From Octopus sinensis (lineage: Eukaryota): a stretch of DNA of 64,000 nucleotides. Position numbers and translations under genes: made by a program. Shown piece after piece: positions 62,772-64,000 of the stretch. Within the stretch, counting starts at the first letter, position 1. Each line of letters opens with the position of its first letter. Under the pieces are notes generated by a model. That model saw only the letters and a program-made list of their open reading frames with translations, did not search any database and was not told the origin of the DNA. Location: positions 118,358,001 through 118,422,000 of the forward strand of contig NC_042999.1 of assembly GCF_006345805.1 (NCBI RefSeq), written 5' to 3'.

Positions 62772-63179
62772 TTAATAACTATGAACTGAGTACATTGGAC
62801 AAAAGGTAAGCTTTTGGAGAGCTGAATCAGCGACTGAGATTTAATATCCAGTTAAGGCTGTGGCCATTTCGCACCACTTATATCACTAATGTTCTTTAAA
62901 AATATATGAATGTCAGATAATCATTTAAATCCTTACCTATTATAAATCCAAATTCAATGGGTTCATGAAAGAAATCAGAATCAGTTAACTCAGCTTTAGC
63001 TTGGCTGTTATGCTTTTAGTAGTATCAACTAACTATGAAATCAAACTAACAACACAATCACGATCTTTAATATAACAAAACATGTTTGACTGTTACCATT
63101 TCAGCAAACTTAATTTTAGAATAAAATTAGACATGATCAAAGACAAGTAAATTTTTGAATTGCTGTTTTTACCATGCTA

Positions 63180-63370
63180 GGTAAACTGCTTAGTGACATT
63201 TCATCCATTTTCACATTCTGAGTTTAATTTCTGCCATGGTTGACTTTGCCTTTCATTATTTTGAAGTTGATAAATTAACACTATTTGAACACTGGATTCA
63301 ATGTAATCGACTTATCACTTCACCTAAAATTGCTGACCTTGTGCCAAAATTCGAAATTACTAAATATTGC
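63180..63370 (+). mobile_element. Degenerate tRNA-derived SINE (cagaattgtta... family)
   Basis: cattctgagtttaatt...gactttgcctttcat...cttgtgccaaaattcgaaa. Confidence 0.65.
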
Positions 63371-63490
63371 TATTTATATATGTATTTCAATAAATTAAAA
63401 ATCCTCCTTAGAAGATAACCAAGATATATATTCTTTTTTTTTCTTAAATACATATATAAATGTATGCATTTATATATACATATATGTACA

Positions 63491-63591
<101 letters not shown>

Positions 63592-63601
63592 CATGCATAT
63601 A

Positions 63602-63785
63602 TGGGTACAAGACATCAAAAAAGTGAACAAGAAGAGAAACGAAAACATGAAAAACAAAAACATGGAAAAACGAACATATTTTTCTAACAACAAAAGAAAC
63701 AAATAGAGAAACAAGACAGGCAACATAAAGAATATTCCCTTCATCAGTTGTCCCCTGTTCTATCTACTCTGCATTTTGAATGTAG
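63602..63785 (-). mobile_element. Interspersed repeat homologous to 12545-12722
   Basis: gggtacaagacatcaaaaaa...gaatattcccttcatcagttg matches the reverse complement of 12545-12722. Confidence 0.7.
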
Positions 63786-64000
63786 AGACAATTTGAGTTA
63801 GGAAGAAAGAAAGATAGATAGCTAGCTGTTGGTCATGTGTGAGCAACGAGAGAGTCAAGGAGGAAGTGTAAGGGAGAGAGAGGGAATGGTGAAGGAGAGA
63901 GAAGAATTAGAGAAGGAGTGGGAGAGAAAAACAGAAAGGAAGAAGAACAAGAGAGGGAGATAGAATCAAGATAGTTGCAGAATACGCATTGGAATATATT

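Overview
Very AT-rich, microsatellite-dense eukaryotic DNA. The SINE families and (TA)n/(CA)n/(ATC)n load look like a cephalopod, probably Octopus (inference from remembered repeat families, no search run). No long intact gene, tRNA gene, rRNA or CRISPR array is supportable. The window is intron/intergenic-like and dominated by transposable elements: a full-length but dead mariner (18371-19935), a DD37D maT transposase remnant, a Tc2/pogo-like element, HERO, R4/Dong-like and CR1-like LINE remnants, non-autonomous Helitrons, three or more tRNA/RTE-tailed SINE families and several foldback elements. The most notable observation is a set of minimal type I hammerhead-ribozyme motifs in four unrelated repeat families (3005-3039, 25569-25611, 26338-26383, 40528-40617 and 44775-44866). 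One sits at the apex of a 417-bp foldback element with 87-bp terminal inverted repeats and a TTA target duplication; another sits inside a tRNA-headed SINE. Several small phase-compatible candidate exons exist on both strands, but none gives a protein I recognise, so they carry low confidence.
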